Assembly: GCA_963558405.1 (NCBI GenBank)
Contig: CAUWGC010000007.1
Coordinates: 1 to 64,000, forward strand
DNA length: 64,000 nucleotides
Reading direction: 5' to 3'
Source of the DNA: an uncultured Clostridia bacterium
GTDB taxonomy: Bacteria; Bacillota; Clostridia; TANB77; CAG-508
Shown: piece after piece, positions 42,322 to 52,295 of the stretch
How positions within the stretch are numbered: position 1 is the first letter of the stretch
How the letters are laid out: every line of letters begins with the position of its first letter
Program-made: the position numbers and the translations under genes
Notes under the pieces: model-generated
Told to the model about the DNA's origin: nothing
Seen by the model: the letters and a program-made list of their open reading frames with translations, nothing else
Databases searched by the model: none

Positions 42322-43203
42322 ATGGAAAAACAAATTAAACTTTTTTTAGAATTTATTCAAAATGAAAAAAAATTATCAGACAACACATTACAATCTTATA
42401 AAAGAGATATTGTACAATATCAAAATTATGCAGAAAAAAATAGATTAAATTATGCTAAAGCAAAAGAACAGGATCTTAGAAATTACTTAGAATACTTAAA
42501 TAGCATAGGTAAAAAAACATCTACTATTTCTAGAAGTTTAGCATCTATTCGTTCTTTCTATCAATTTTTATTAAGAGTTAAAAAAGTAAAAAAGGATCCA
42601 ACAGAAAATATAGAATCACCAAAAATAGAAAAAAAAGCCCCAAGCGTATTAACTGCAAAAGAAGTAGAATTACTACTAGAACAACCTAAAGATATAGATT
42701 TAAAAGGAACACGTGATAAAGCTATGTTAGAATTTGCTTATGCAACAGGAATGCGTGTAACGGAAATAATATCACTTAACATAGACGATGTAAATTTAGA
42801 AGAAGGATATGTAGTTTGCAAAACAGGAAATAAACAAAGAAATATTCCATTAGGAACTATTTCACTTAATGCATTAAAAGAATATGTTACAGATGCAAGA
42901 AAAGTAATGATAAAAAATGAAAATGAAACTTCATTATTTGTAAATGTAAACGGAGGAAGATTAACAAGACAAGGATTTTGGAAAATAGTAAAATATTATA
43001 AAGAACAAGCCCATATAGAAAAAGATATAACACCACATGTATTAAGACATTCTTTTGCAACGCATTTGTTACAAAATGGTGCAGATTTAAAATCTATACA
43101 AACAATGCTTGGACATTCTGATATATCATCTACACAAGTTTACATGCAATTTCAAAATGAAGGACTAAAAAATACATATAAAAAAGCACATCCAAGAGCT
43201 TAA
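42322..43203 (+). CDS. xerD: Tyrosine recombinase XerD
   Basis: RDKAMLE..YATGMRVTE, TPHVLRHSFATHLL.NGADL, LGHSDISSTQVY. Confidence 0.9.
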   Translation: MEKQIKLFLEFIQNEKKLSDNTLQSYKRDIVQYQNYAEKNRLNYAKAKEQDLRNYLEYLNSIGKKTSTISRSLASIRSFYQFLLRVKKVKKDPTENIESPKIEKKAPSVLTAKEVELLLEQPKDIDLKGTRDKAMLEFAYATGMRVTEIISLNIDDVNLEEGYVVCKTGNKQRNIPLGTISLNALKEYVTDARKVMIKNENETSLFVNVNGGRLTRQGFWKIVKYYKEQAHIEKDITPHVLRHSFATHLLQNGADLKSIQTMLGHSDISSTQVYMQFQNEGLKNTYKKAHPRA

Positions 43204-43234
43204 AAGTATAAACAAGCAATAATAAAAGCGCAGT

Positions 43235-43271
43235 AAAAAAGATGGACTACATGATGTAGTCTATCTTTTTT
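43235..43271 (+). terminator. Intrinsic terminator of xerD
   Basis: AAAAAAGATGGACTACA-tga-TGTAGTCTATCTTTTTT. Confidence 0.7.
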
Positions 43272-43285
43272 GAGCTGATTAATGT

Positions 43286-43370
43286 AAAAAAACACATCTG
43301 TTAACTTTGACGAGTCAGATGTGTTAAACATTTAACTTGGCAAGCCACGTTTGTGGTTTCTCCATTTCCT
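43286..43370 (-). ncRNA. Candidate small RNA or 13-aa sORF transcript
   Basis: Perfect TTGACA-17-TATAAT on the minus strand (43405-43377); terminator AACACATCTG/CAGATGTGTT + T-run. Confidence 0.55.
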
Positions 43371-43476
43371 ATTTTTATTATACATATATTAATTAATTTT
43401 GTCAAATAATTTTGGGGTAGATATTTTTTTTCTCATATGATATAATCCTAAAAAAGAAAAATGTGAAAGGGAAAAA

Positions 43477-44454
43477 ATGAAAAAAGTAAGTGTAATAGTT
43501 CCTGTATATAATAAAGAAAAATATATAAAAAAATGCTTAGATTCATTGATAAATCAAACATTACAAGAAATAGAGATTCTTGTTATTAATGATGGTTCAA
43601 CTGATGGTAGCGAGCAAATTATTAAAGAATATGAATTAAAATACGAAAACAAAATCAAATATTTTAAAAAAGATAATGGTGGACTTTCTGATACTAGAAA
43701 TTATGGAATAGCAAGAGCACAAGGAGAATATATTACTTTTATAGATAGTGATGATTTTATATTAGATACAATGTTAGAAGAAATGTATCAAAAAGCAGTA
43801 CAAGAAAACTTTGATGTGGTAGCTTGTAATGTAATGTTAGTTTATCCAAATAAAAAAATAATAGTAAGAACAGGTATAACTGAATCAAAAAAGCTAGCTT
43901 TGGAAGACAAAAAGAAAATATTATTAGAATCTTATCCTATTGTATGTAATAAATTATATAAAACAGATATATTAAAAGATAAAATATTTTTTAAAAAAGA
44001 TATTTGGTTTGAAGATGTAGTATTTATGTTTGATGTAATACCAAATATTTCAAGCATTGGAGTTATAGAAAAGCCTTTTTATCAATATATGCAAAATACA
44101 GATTCTATTACATATACATACAATAAAAAATTATATGATTTTATATATAATATGGATGGTATTATAGAACAGTATAAAGCAAGAGGTATTTATGAAGAAT
44201 ATAGAGATGTTATAGAATATGCATATGTAAGATATAGTTATGCAACTTTTGTTAAACGATTAGCAAAGAGTAAAGATAAAAAAGAATTTCTTAAAGGAGT
44301 AAAATTTGCGTGCAAAAAAGTAAACGAAAAATTTCCAAACTATAAAAAAAATAAATATATATTGGAAAAAAGAAAGAAAAATATATATTTAAAACATTTT
44401 AATTTAGGAATTGCAAATATTATATATTATATAGAGAAAAATAAAATGAACTAA
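43477..44454 (+). CDS. Glycosyltransferase family 2
   Basis: SVIVPVYN, DGSTD, NGGLSD.RN, FIDSDD. Confidence 0.9.
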   Translation: MKKVSVIVPVYNKEKYIKKCLDSLINQTLQEIEILVINDGSTDGSEQIIKEYELKYENKIKYFKKDNGGLSDTRNYGIARAQGEYITFIDSDDFILDTMLEEMYQKAVQENFDVVACNVMLVYPNKKIIVRTGITESKKLALEDKKKILLESYPIVCNKLYKTDILKDKIFFKKDIWFEDVVFMFDVIPNISSIGVIEKPFYQYMQNTDSITYTYNKKLYDFIYNMDGIIEQYKARGIYEEYRDVIEYAYVRYSYATFVKRLAKSKDKKEFLKGVKFACKKVNEKFPNYKKNKYILEKRKKNIYLKHFNLGIANIIYYIEKNKMN

Positions 44455-44517
44455 ATTTCCAAAATTTGAAATTGACAAAAATTGTAGAAAAAGCTAGAAT
44501 TAAATAGGTGATAACAA

Positions 44518-45723
44518 ATGAAGCACAAATATATAAATATTTTTATAATTTTTTGGATAATTGCAATTATTATACTTTTTGTATATTCAAATATTATTGT
44601 AAAAGAAGTAAGTTATGCTACTTATGCAGAAGAAAAACAAAATATTTATCAAGAGCCTAATAGTACAATTCCTGATATTCAAAAAATAATAGAACAAAAC
44701 ACAAAAGAAAATAATGATAAAAGAGAGGAAATAATAAAAGAAGAGTTTGATTTAGAATATATAACTAAGTATCAAAATAATAATCAACTTTCTAAAAATA
44801 CAATTAGAGTAATACAAGAAGGAAGTATAGGAAGGCAGCAAAATATTATAAAAAAAATATACGAAAAAGATACATTAATAAGTGAAGAACAAATTGGAAC
44901 AGTAATAATAAAACCAGCTATTCCTAAAATTGTAGAAATAGGAACTGGAAGTAGTAAAAAAGAGTATACAGTAAAAAAAGGAGATACTTTATATGTAACA
45001 TCAGAACTTTTAAGTATAAGAGAAGAACCAACAGAAATATCTGAAAAAATAATAACTATTCAAAAAAATGAAGAAGTAGTAGTTATTGAATTAGGTGATA
45101 CATTTTATAAAGTAAAATACAAAAATTTTACAGGATATGTACAAAAAGATTGTTTAACAAACCAAAAAGAATTAGATTCTAATCTAATTGAAGAAACAGA
45201 AGAAAGTAAAAGTTCACAAGAGTTATTAAAAAAATTAAGTAAGGATATGGAATTAAATAAAAAAAGTGGACTTTCTTTGGAACAATTTCAAAAAGTATTA
45301 TCAGATAATAAAGATGTAAACAATGTATTTAAAGATAATGCACAATATTTTTATTATATTGAAAAAGAATATAATATTAATGGAATATTTGTAGCAGCAG
45401 TAGGAATTCATGAAAGCGGATGGGGTACATCTTCTATTTCTTTAAGAACAAAAAATCTTTTTGGATATGGTGCTTATGATAGAAATCCAGGAGAAAATGC
45501 ATATACATTTGATACATATGCAGAAGGAATAGATTTATTAGCTAGAGTATTTACAAAATATTATATAAATCCAAAAGGAACACCTATTTATGGAGGTGAA
45601 AAAGCAGTTGCTAGCCATTATTATGGTTCTACTGTTGAAGCAGTAAATAATGACTATGCTACAGATAAAGGATGGGCAAATAAGGTATATAATATTATGA
45701 GTTATTTATATAATAAATTATAA
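44518..45723 (+). CDS. G5 + SH3 + glucosaminidase cell-wall hydrolase
   Basis: VIQEG...KIVEIGT (G5), LSIREEP (SH3), HESGWG...NLFGYGAYD...YATD. Confidence 0.8.
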   Translation: MKHKYINIFIIFWIIAIIILFVYSNIIVKEVSYATYAEEKQNIYQEPNSTIPDIQKIIEQNTKENNDKREEIIKEEFDLEYITKYQNNNQLSKNTIRVIQEGSIGRQQNIIKKIYEKDTLISEEQIGTVIIKPAIPKIVEIGTGSSKKEYTVKKGDTLYVTSELLSIREEPTEISEKIITIQKNEEVVVIELGDTFYKVKYKNFTGYVQKDCLTNQKELDSNLIEETEESKSSQELLKKLSKDMELNKKSGLSLEQFQKVLSDNKDVNNVFKDNAQYFYYIEKEYNINGIFVAAVGIHESGWGTSSISLRTKNLFGYGAYDRNPGENAYTFDTYAEGIDLLARVFTKYYINPKGTPIYGGEKAVASHYYGSTVEAVNNDYATDKGWANKVYNIMSYLYNKL

Positions 45724-45750
45724 GGTTAGTTATAATGTAGGAGAAAAATT

Positions 45751-46602
45751 ATGTTATTTGAAAATAAAAAAACTAGAGTTTTAGCTTTTGTAGGACCTTC
45801 GGGAACAGGAAAAAGTTATAGAGCACAAATGGTTGCTAGTGAAAATAATATTAATTATATTATAGACGATGGATTATTAATAAGAGGAAATGAAGTAATT
45901 GCAGGTGTTTCAGCAAAAAAAGCACCTACTAAAATAGAAACAGTAAAACAAGCTTTATTTTTGCAACAAGAAAAAAGAGATGCTGTAAAAAAAGCAATAA
46001 AAAAATATAGACCAGAAGGAATACTGATATTAGGAACATCTGATAAAATGGTAAAAGAAATAGCATCTAATTTAGGATTACCTGAAATAGAAAAAATTAT
46101 TTATATAACTGAAGTAGCAACAGAAGCCGAAATGGAAACAGCAAGAAGAATACGTGTTACACAGGGAAAACATGTTATACCAGTTCCAACATTTGAAATA
46201 AAAAAAGATTTTTCAGGATATATATTAGATCCATTGCAGATATTTAGATTTAGAAGCGGAAGTAAACCATACATATCAGAAAAATCAATTATAAGACCTA
46301 CTTTCAGTTATTTAGGAAATTTTACAATATCTGATACAGTGTTTAGACAAATAATAGAATATTTAGCAAAAAAAACTCCTGCTATTTATAGAATATTAAA
46401 AGTAAGAATTGAAAATTATGGCGAAGGACCATATATTTATATGGAAGTTTCAATTGTATTTGGCAATAATGTAATTACAACATTAAGTGAATTTAGAAAT
46501 AGATGTGTAAAAGAAATTGAAAATGCAACAACAATGAATGTACAAAAAATAGAAGTTATAGCTAAAGAAATTTATGTTCCTAAAAAAGAAGAAAATAAAT
46601 AA
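45751..46602 (+). CDS. P-loop protein with Asp23-like C-terminus
   Basis: GPSGTGKS, IIDDGLLI, GKHVIPVPT. Confidence 0.7.
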   Translation: MLFENKKTRVLAFVGPSGTGKSYRAQMVASENNINYIIDDGLLIRGNEVIAGVSAKKAPTKIETVKQALFLQQEKRDAVKKAIKKYRPEGILILGTSDKMVKEIASNLGLPEIEKIIYITEVATEAEMETARRIRVTQGKHVIPVPTFEIKKDFSGYILDPLQIFRFRSGSKPYISEKSIIRPTFSYLGNFTISDTVFRQIIEYLAKKTPAIYRILKVRIENYGEGPYIYMEVSIVFGNNVITTLSEFRNRCVKEIENATTMNVQKIEVIAKEIYVPKKEENK

Positions 46603-46620
46603 TATTGGAGGAAAAAAGAA

Positions 46621-47292
46621 ATGTCTTTTATTATAGCAATTGATGGTCCAGCAGGTACTGGAAAAGGTACTATTACAAAATTATTAGCAGAAAAATTAAA
46701 TTTAGTAAATATAGATACAGGAGCTACATATCGTTCAGTGGCATTGGCAATGTTACAAGAAAAAATAAATTTGAATGAAATAGAAAAAGTAGAAAAGCTT
46801 TTGGAAAATATAAAAATAGAATTAAAAAAAATAAATGGAGAAGATAAAGTATTTTTAAATGGAGAAGATGTAACAACCAAAATTCGTAATGAAGATGTAA
46901 CAGCCTTTGTGTCACAAGTATCTGCAATTAAATGTGTTAGATTAAAAATGGTAGATTTGCAAAGAAAAATGGCAGAAGGAAAAGATGTAATAATGGAAGG
47001 CAGAGATATTGGAACATATGTATTTCCAAATGCTGATATTAAATTCTATATTGATGCCGATGTAGAAGAAAGAGCTAGAAGAAGATACGAACAAAACAAA
47101 AGTAAAGGAATAGATATATCATATGAAAATGTTTTAGAAAATTTAAAATTTAGAGACGAAAATGATAAAAATAAAGAAATGGGAGCATTAAAAGTTGCTA
47201 AAGATGCTATTGTAATTGACACAACTAATATGACTATTGATGAGGAAATAAATAAAATAATTAAGCAAATAAAAGAAAAAAGGAAGGAATAA
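46621..47292 (+). CDS. cmk: Cytidylate kinase
   Basis: IAIDGPAGTGKGT, DTGATYR, MEGRDIGT. Confidence 0.95.
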   Translation: MSFIIAIDGPAGTGKGTITKLLAEKLNLVNIDTGATYRSVALAMLQEKINLNEIEKVEKLLENIKIELKKINGEDKVFLNGEDVTTKIRNEDVTAFVSQVSAIKCVRLKMVDLQRKMAEGKDVIMEGRDIGTYVFPNADIKFYIDADVEERARRRYEQNKSKGIDISYENVLENLKFRDENDKNKEMGALKVAKDAIVIDTTNMTIDEEINKIIKQIKEKRKE

Positions 47293-47294
47293 AA

Positions 47295-47981
47295 ATGGAA
47301 GAACAAAAAGATAATAAAACAGTAAAAAAAATGACAAAAGAAGAAAGAAAAGAAAAAAAAATATATTCTGTTAGAAAAGAAACAAAATGGAAAGCTTTTT
47401 TAAGATGTATTATTAAAAATTTGATTAATGGTTTTTACCATATAGTATTTAGAATAAAAATTGTAGGAGAACCAGTACCAAAAGAAGGAGCATATATTAT
47501 TTGCGCAAACCACATTAACTATTTTGATGCTGTAGCAGTGGTAACATCAAATAAAAGAAGAGTATATTTTATAGCAAAGGAAGATTTATTTCATAACGGA
47601 TTTTTAAATTGGCTTGCACATATATTTGATGTTATTCCAGTAAAAAGAGGAAAACAGGATTTGGAATCAATGAAACGTTCTTTAGCAGTTTTAAAAAGAG
47701 GCGATTTATTAGGACTTTTTCCAGAAGGAACAAGAAAAGGAATTGCTAAAAACGGAAAAATAAAAAATGGTGCAGCGTTTATGGCACTTAGAACTGGAGT
47801 TCCAGTAATCCCATTAGGAATACAAGGTACATTTAAACCATTTAAAAAGACAATATTAAATTATGGAAAGCCACTAGATTTTAGCAAATATCAAAGTAAA
47901 ACACCAGATAAAGAAGTTTTAGAAGAGGTATCAAATGAAATTATGAACAATATTATTATGTTGACAAATGAAGGAAAGTGA
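47295..47981 (+). CDS. plsC: 1-acyl-sn-glycerol-3-phosphate acyltransferase
   Basis: NHINYFD, FPEGTR. Confidence 0.88.
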   Translation: MEEQKDNKTVKKMTKEERKEKKIYSVRKETKWKAFLRCIIKNLINGFYHIVFRIKIVGEPVPKEGAYIICANHINYFDAVAVVTSNKRRVYFIAKEDLFHNGFLNWLAHIFDVIPVKRGKQDLESMKRSLAVLKRGDLLGLFPEGTRKGIAKNGKIKNGAAFMALRTGVPVIPLGIQGTFKPFKKTILNYGKPLDFSKYQSKTPDKEVLEEVSNEIMNNIIMLTNEGK

Positions 47982-48046
47982 TATATAATAAAAGGCGTTT
48001 TAAATAAACGTCTTTTATAAGTATTTTAATAGAAAAAGGTGAAAAG

Positions 48047-49126
48047 ATGGAAAACAAAAATCAAGAAATAAGCTTTAAAGAATTATTTGAAAATTCTTTA
48101 AAAGAAGATAAAAAAATAGAAAAGACTGTAACTGGAACTATTATCGAAATTAATAGAAAAGGTGAAATTTTTGTAGATTTAGACTATAAAGCAGACGGAA
48201 TAATACCAAAAGAAGAACAAATAGAAGGTAAAGATTTTAAAGTTGGAGAACAAATTACTTGTGACGTTTTAAAAATGAATGATGGTTTTGGTAATGTTCT
48301 ATTATCATATAAAAGATATAAATCAAGAAATGCAAAAAAAGAATTTGAACAAAAAGTAGAAAATAATGAAATTTTTGAAGAAAAGATTACAGAAGTTACA
48401 GAAAAAGGATTTGTTATACTTCTAGATGGAATTAGAATTTTTATTCCTTTTTCTCTTGCTGGATTAAATAAAGGAGAAAATGAAAAAGAATATTTAGGAA
48501 AAACTGTACGTTTTCGCATTGTTGAACAAGATTTAAAAACAAGAAGAATTATAGGATCAATAAAAGCTGTTTTAGAAGAAGAAAATGAACAAAAACAAAA
48601 AGAATTTTGGGAAAATGTAAAAGTTGGAAATGAATACATTGGAATAGTAAACAGTATAAGTAGTTATGGAGCTTTTATAGAAATAGGACCTGTTAAAGGT
48701 TTATTACATATTTCTGAAATGGCATGGGGTAGAAATGAAAAACCAGAAGACATTTTAAAACAAGGTCAAGAAGTTAAAGTTTCCGTTAAAGCAGTAGACA
48801 AAGAAAACAAACGTATAATGCTTACATATAAAGAAAAAGGTCCAAATCCTTGGGAAAAAATAAATGAAAAATACAATATTAATGATATTGTAAAAGTAAA
48901 AATTGTAAAAATAATGCCATTTGGAGCATTTGCAGAATTAGAAAAAGGAATAGAAGGACTTATACATATTTCACAAATTACAGAAAGAAGAATTACAAAA
49001 CCAGAAGAAGAATTGCAAGTTGGAAATATAGTTAATGCAAAAATAATAGACTTAGATACAGAAAATAAAAAATTAGAATTGTCAATAAAAGAGTTAGAAG
49101 GAACTTCTAACGAATATAAAGAATAA
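48047..49126 (+). CDS. rpsA: Ribosomal protein S1-like (four S1 domains)
   Basis: YGAFIEIG...GLLHISE, FGAFAEL...GLIHISQ. Confidence 0.8.
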   Translation: MENKNQEISFKELFENSLKEDKKIEKTVTGTIIEINRKGEIFVDLDYKADGIIPKEEQIEGKDFKVGEQITCDVLKMNDGFGNVLLSYKRYKSRNAKKEFEQKVENNEIFEEKITEVTEKGFVILLDGIRIFIPFSLAGLNKGENEKEYLGKTVRFRIVEQDLKTRRIIGSIKAVLEEENEQKQKEFWENVKVGNEYIGIVNSISSYGAFIEIGPVKGLLHISEMAWGRNEKPEDILKQGQEVKVSVKAVDKENKRIMLTYKEKGPNPWEKINEKYNINDIVKVKIVKIMPFGAFAELEKGIEGLIHISQITERRITKPEEELQVGNIVNAKIIDLDTENKKLELSIKELEGTSNEYKE

Positions 49127-49157
49127 AACAATAAATAAAGAAATAGGGGTAATTAAA

Positions 49158-50981
49158 ATGTATAACAAAAATATTAGAAATGTTGCAATAATTGCACACG
49201 TTGACCATGGAAAAACAACATTAGTAGATGCTATGTTAAGACAAAGTCATGTATTTAGAGAAAACGAACAAGTACAAGAAAGAGTAATGGATTCAAACGA
49301 CTTAGAAAAAGAAAGAGGAATTACAATTCTTTCAAAAAACACATCTGTTATGTACAATGGAATTAAAATTAATATTGTAGATACTCCAGGACATGCTGAT
49401 TTTGGAGGAGAAGTAGAAAGAGTACTAAAAATGGTAGATGGTGTAGTTCTACTTGCAGATGCATTTGAAGGAGTTATGCCACAAACAAGAGAAGTATTAA
49501 AAAAATCATTGGCATTAAATCTAAAACCTATTGTTGTTATTAACAAAATAGATAGACCAGGAGCAACACCTTTAAAAGTAGTTGATGAAATTTTAGATTT
49601 ATTTATTGATTTAAATGCAACTGATGAACAACTAGAATTTCCTGTAGTATATGCATCAGGAAAAAATGGATATGCAAAAATGAATTTAGAAGACGAATCT
49701 GACAACTTAACATGTCTATTTGATACTATTGTAAATACTATAAATCCACCACAATGTGAACAAGAAGGACCAGCTCAAATGCTAGTTTCAAACATAGATT
49801 ATGATGACTATTTAGGAAGAATTGGTGTTGGTAGAGTAGAAAGAGGTACAATAAAAGCTGGTATGACAGTTGCAATATGCAAAAAGGAAGACAAAGTTAT
49901 AACAGGTAAAATAGCAAAACTATATACTTATGAAGGACTTAAAAAAGTAGAAAAAGAAGAAGTTGGAGCAGGAGACATTATCTCTTTTGCTGGAATTAGC
50001 GATTTAAGTATTGGAGACACAATTTGTGATCCAGATCATATAGAAAAAATACCTTTTGTTGATATTGACGAACCAACAGTATCTATGACATTTAGTGTTA
50101 ATGATGGACCTTTTGCAGGAAAAGAAGGACAATTTGTAACATCTAGACATTTAAGAGATCGTCTATTTAAAGAACTAGAAAGAAATGTAAGTTTAAGAGT
50201 AAAAGAAACAGACAGAGCAGAAAGTTTTGAAGTATCTGGTCGTGGAGAACTACATTTATCTGTTTTAATAGAAACTATGAGAAGAGAAGGATTTGAACTT
50301 TTAGTATCTAGACCAAAAGTTATTATAAAAGAAATAGACGGTGTTAAATGTGAACCAATGGAAAAACTAGTAGTAAACGTACCAGAAGATTGCATTGGAA
50401 ATGTAATAGAAAAATTAGGAAGAAGAAAAGGCGAAATGGTAAACATGGAACCAGCAGAAGCAGGACATACAAAGGTAGAATTTAGAATTCCAGCAAGAGG
50501 ATTAATTGGATACAGAACAGAATTTATGACAGATACAAAAGGAAATGGAACAATGAATAGTGTTTTTGATGGATATGAACCATATAAAGGTGAAATTCAA
50601 TCTAGAACAAGAGGAACAATTGTAGCGTTTGAACAAGGAACATCAATAACTTACGGATTATACAATGCACAAGAAAGAGGAGAACTATTTATTGGTGCTG
50701 GAGTAGACGTTTATGAAGGTATGATAGTAGGATTGAACTCTAGAAATGAAGATATTTCTATAAATGTATGTAAAGAAAAACACTTAACAAATACTAGAGC
50801 ATCTGGTTCAGATGATGCACTTAGATTGGTTCCACCAATTGAATTTTCATTAGAAAAAGCAATTGAATTTATTGCAGATGATGAATTGGTAGAAGTTACA
50901 CCAAAAAACATTCGTTTAAGAAAGAAAATATTAGATACAAAAACAAGAGAGAGAATGACAAACAGAGCAAAGAAAAATTAA
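49158..50981 (+). CDS. typA: Translational GTPase TypA/BipA
   Basis: AHVDHGKTT, ERGITIL, DTPGHADF, NKID, GRGELHL. Confidence 0.97.
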   Translation: MYNKNIRNVAIIAHVDHGKTTLVDAMLRQSHVFRENEQVQERVMDSNDLEKERGITILSKNTSVMYNGIKINIVDTPGHADFGGEVERVLKMVDGVVLLADAFEGVMPQTREVLKKSLALNLKPIVVINKIDRPGATPLKVVDEILDLFIDLNATDEQLEFPVVYASGKNGYAKMNLEDESDNLTCLFDTIVNTINPPQCEQEGPAQMLVSNIDYDDYLGRIGVGRVERGTIKAGMTVAICKKEDKVITGKIAKLYTYEGLKKVEKEEVGAGDIISFAGISDLSIGDTICDPDHIEKIPFVDIDEPTVSMTFSVNDGPFAGKEGQFVTSRHLRDRLFKELERNVSLRVKETDRAESFEVSGRGELHLSVLIETMRREGFELLVSRPKVIIKEIDGVKCEPMEKLVVNVPEDCIGNVIEKLGRRKGEMVNMEPAEAGHTKVEFRIPARGLIGYRTEFMTDTKGNGTMNSVFDGYEPYKGEIQSRTRGTIVAFEQGTSITYGLYNAQERGELFIGAGVDVYEGMIVGLNSRNEDISINVCKEKHLTNTRASGSDDALRLVPPIEFSLEKAIEFIADDELVEVTPKNIRLRKKILDTKTRERMTNRAKKN

Positions 50982-51072
50982 AACTAAAACCCCTTTAGAT
51001 AAATAATCTAAAGGGGTTAAAAAAATAGTAGATAAATTAAAAATAGACCACTTTTTAGTGGTCTATTTTAAA

Positions 51073-52074
51073 CTATAAATCATATCCAGTTTTTTTGATA
51101 ATTTTATCACTAATTCTTTTTACGGTATCAGATGGTTCATAATTTTCTTCATTAAATAATTCTTTATGAAGTCTTTTTACATTTTCCTCCAAAGTAACAG
51201 GAACTCCATACCATAAATCTAAAGTAATACCTTTTGTAACATAAGGCCAACCATAACTTTCACCTACATTGTAAGACATAATATCTGGTATTAAAGAAAG
51301 AATTTCTCCACTACTAATATTTGTACGAACATGTGGTAACATAGTATCTGCTAAAGAATTTAATTGACTAATACTTAATGTTTTTGCTTTTTCAAATACA
51401 GCTGTAAGAACATCTCTCATACGTTCAGTACGTTTATAATCACTATCAATTTTTCTAATTCTGGCATAAGCTAAAGCTTGAGTGCCATTTAAAGTATATG
51501 TACCAGCAGAACTAATTCCAGGAATTTGAGTCGCTTCTGCTGATGTAACAGACATTTTAATTCCACCAATAGCATCTACTACTGTTTTAACAGTATCAAA
51601 GTTTACTGTAACATATTCAGTAATATTTAAGTCTAAATTTTTATTTATACTATTTAAAGCAAGTTTAGGACCACCATAAGCATAAGCATGTGTAATCTTA
51701 GTTAAACTATCATCAACCTCTAAATAAGTATCACGATAAATAGAAAGTAATCTTACATCTTTAGTTTTTTCATTAATACTTACAATAATAATACAATCAC
51801 TTCTAGAACCTTCAAAAGTATCACTTCTTGCGTCAATACCTAATAAAGCTATATTACGATAACCAGATAATTTTTCTTCTACACCGGAATTTACTTCAAT
51901 TTGATCAGATGTTAGTTCTTTGTCATAATCTACTTTTCCTAATTTATCTGTAACATACCAATAACCAGCAGCTAAGACACCTCCAAATATAATTAATAAA
52001 ATAAGTAGAATAATCAAAAATACTTTTAAAAATACAGATTTTTTTGTTTTTACTTTTGTTTTTTTCTCGCTCAA
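51073..52074 (-). CDS. LCP (LytR-CpsA-Psr) family protein
   Basis: N-terminal TM; RSDCIII, SIYRDT, ALAYARIR, DYKRTERMR. Confidence 0.9.
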   Translation of the reverse strand: MSEKKTKVKTKKSVFLKVFLIILLILLIIFGGVLAAGYWYVTDKLGKVDYDKELTSDQIEVNSGVEEKLSGYRNIALLGIDARSDTFEGSRSDCIIIVSINEKTKDVRLLSIYRDTYLEVDDSLTKITHAYAYGGPKLALNSINKNLDLNITEYVTVNFDTVKTVVDAIGGIKMSVTSAEATQIPGISSAGTYTLNGTQALAYARIRKIDSDYKRTERMRDVLTAVFEKAKTLSISQLNSLADTMLPHVRTNISSGEILSLIPDIMSYNVGESYGWPYVTKGITLDLWYGVPVTLEENVKRLHKELFNEENYEPSDTVKRISDKIIKKTGYDL

Positions 52075-52202
52075 AATAATTTCCCTCTTTCTATTTTAAA
52101 TTTAATAATATATATTATATACATTAAATAATAAAAAGTAAAGAAATAAATTATGAAAATTATTAATAAAAATGTAAAAATTGGAATAGAAAAGAAAAAA
52201 GG

Positions 52203-52263
52203 TAAAATAAAATAAAATAAAATAAAAGATTTTGTTGCAAAAAAAAATATGATGAGATATAAT
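52203..52263 (+). promoter_or_regulatory. SigA-like promoter of the polysaccharide locus, with (TAAAA)5 upstream and an A9 run
   Basis: TTGCAA(52235)-17-TATAAT(52258); (TAAAA)5 at 52203-52227. Confidence 0.55.
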
Positions 52264-52295
52264 TAAGAAGATTAAAAAAGAAGGGGTAATTTAAA

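Noticed and set aside
42322-43203. XerD as a mobile-element integrase
   Set aside because: It sits in the conserved yqxK-spoIIM-xerD chromosomal context, so it is a housekeeping gene.
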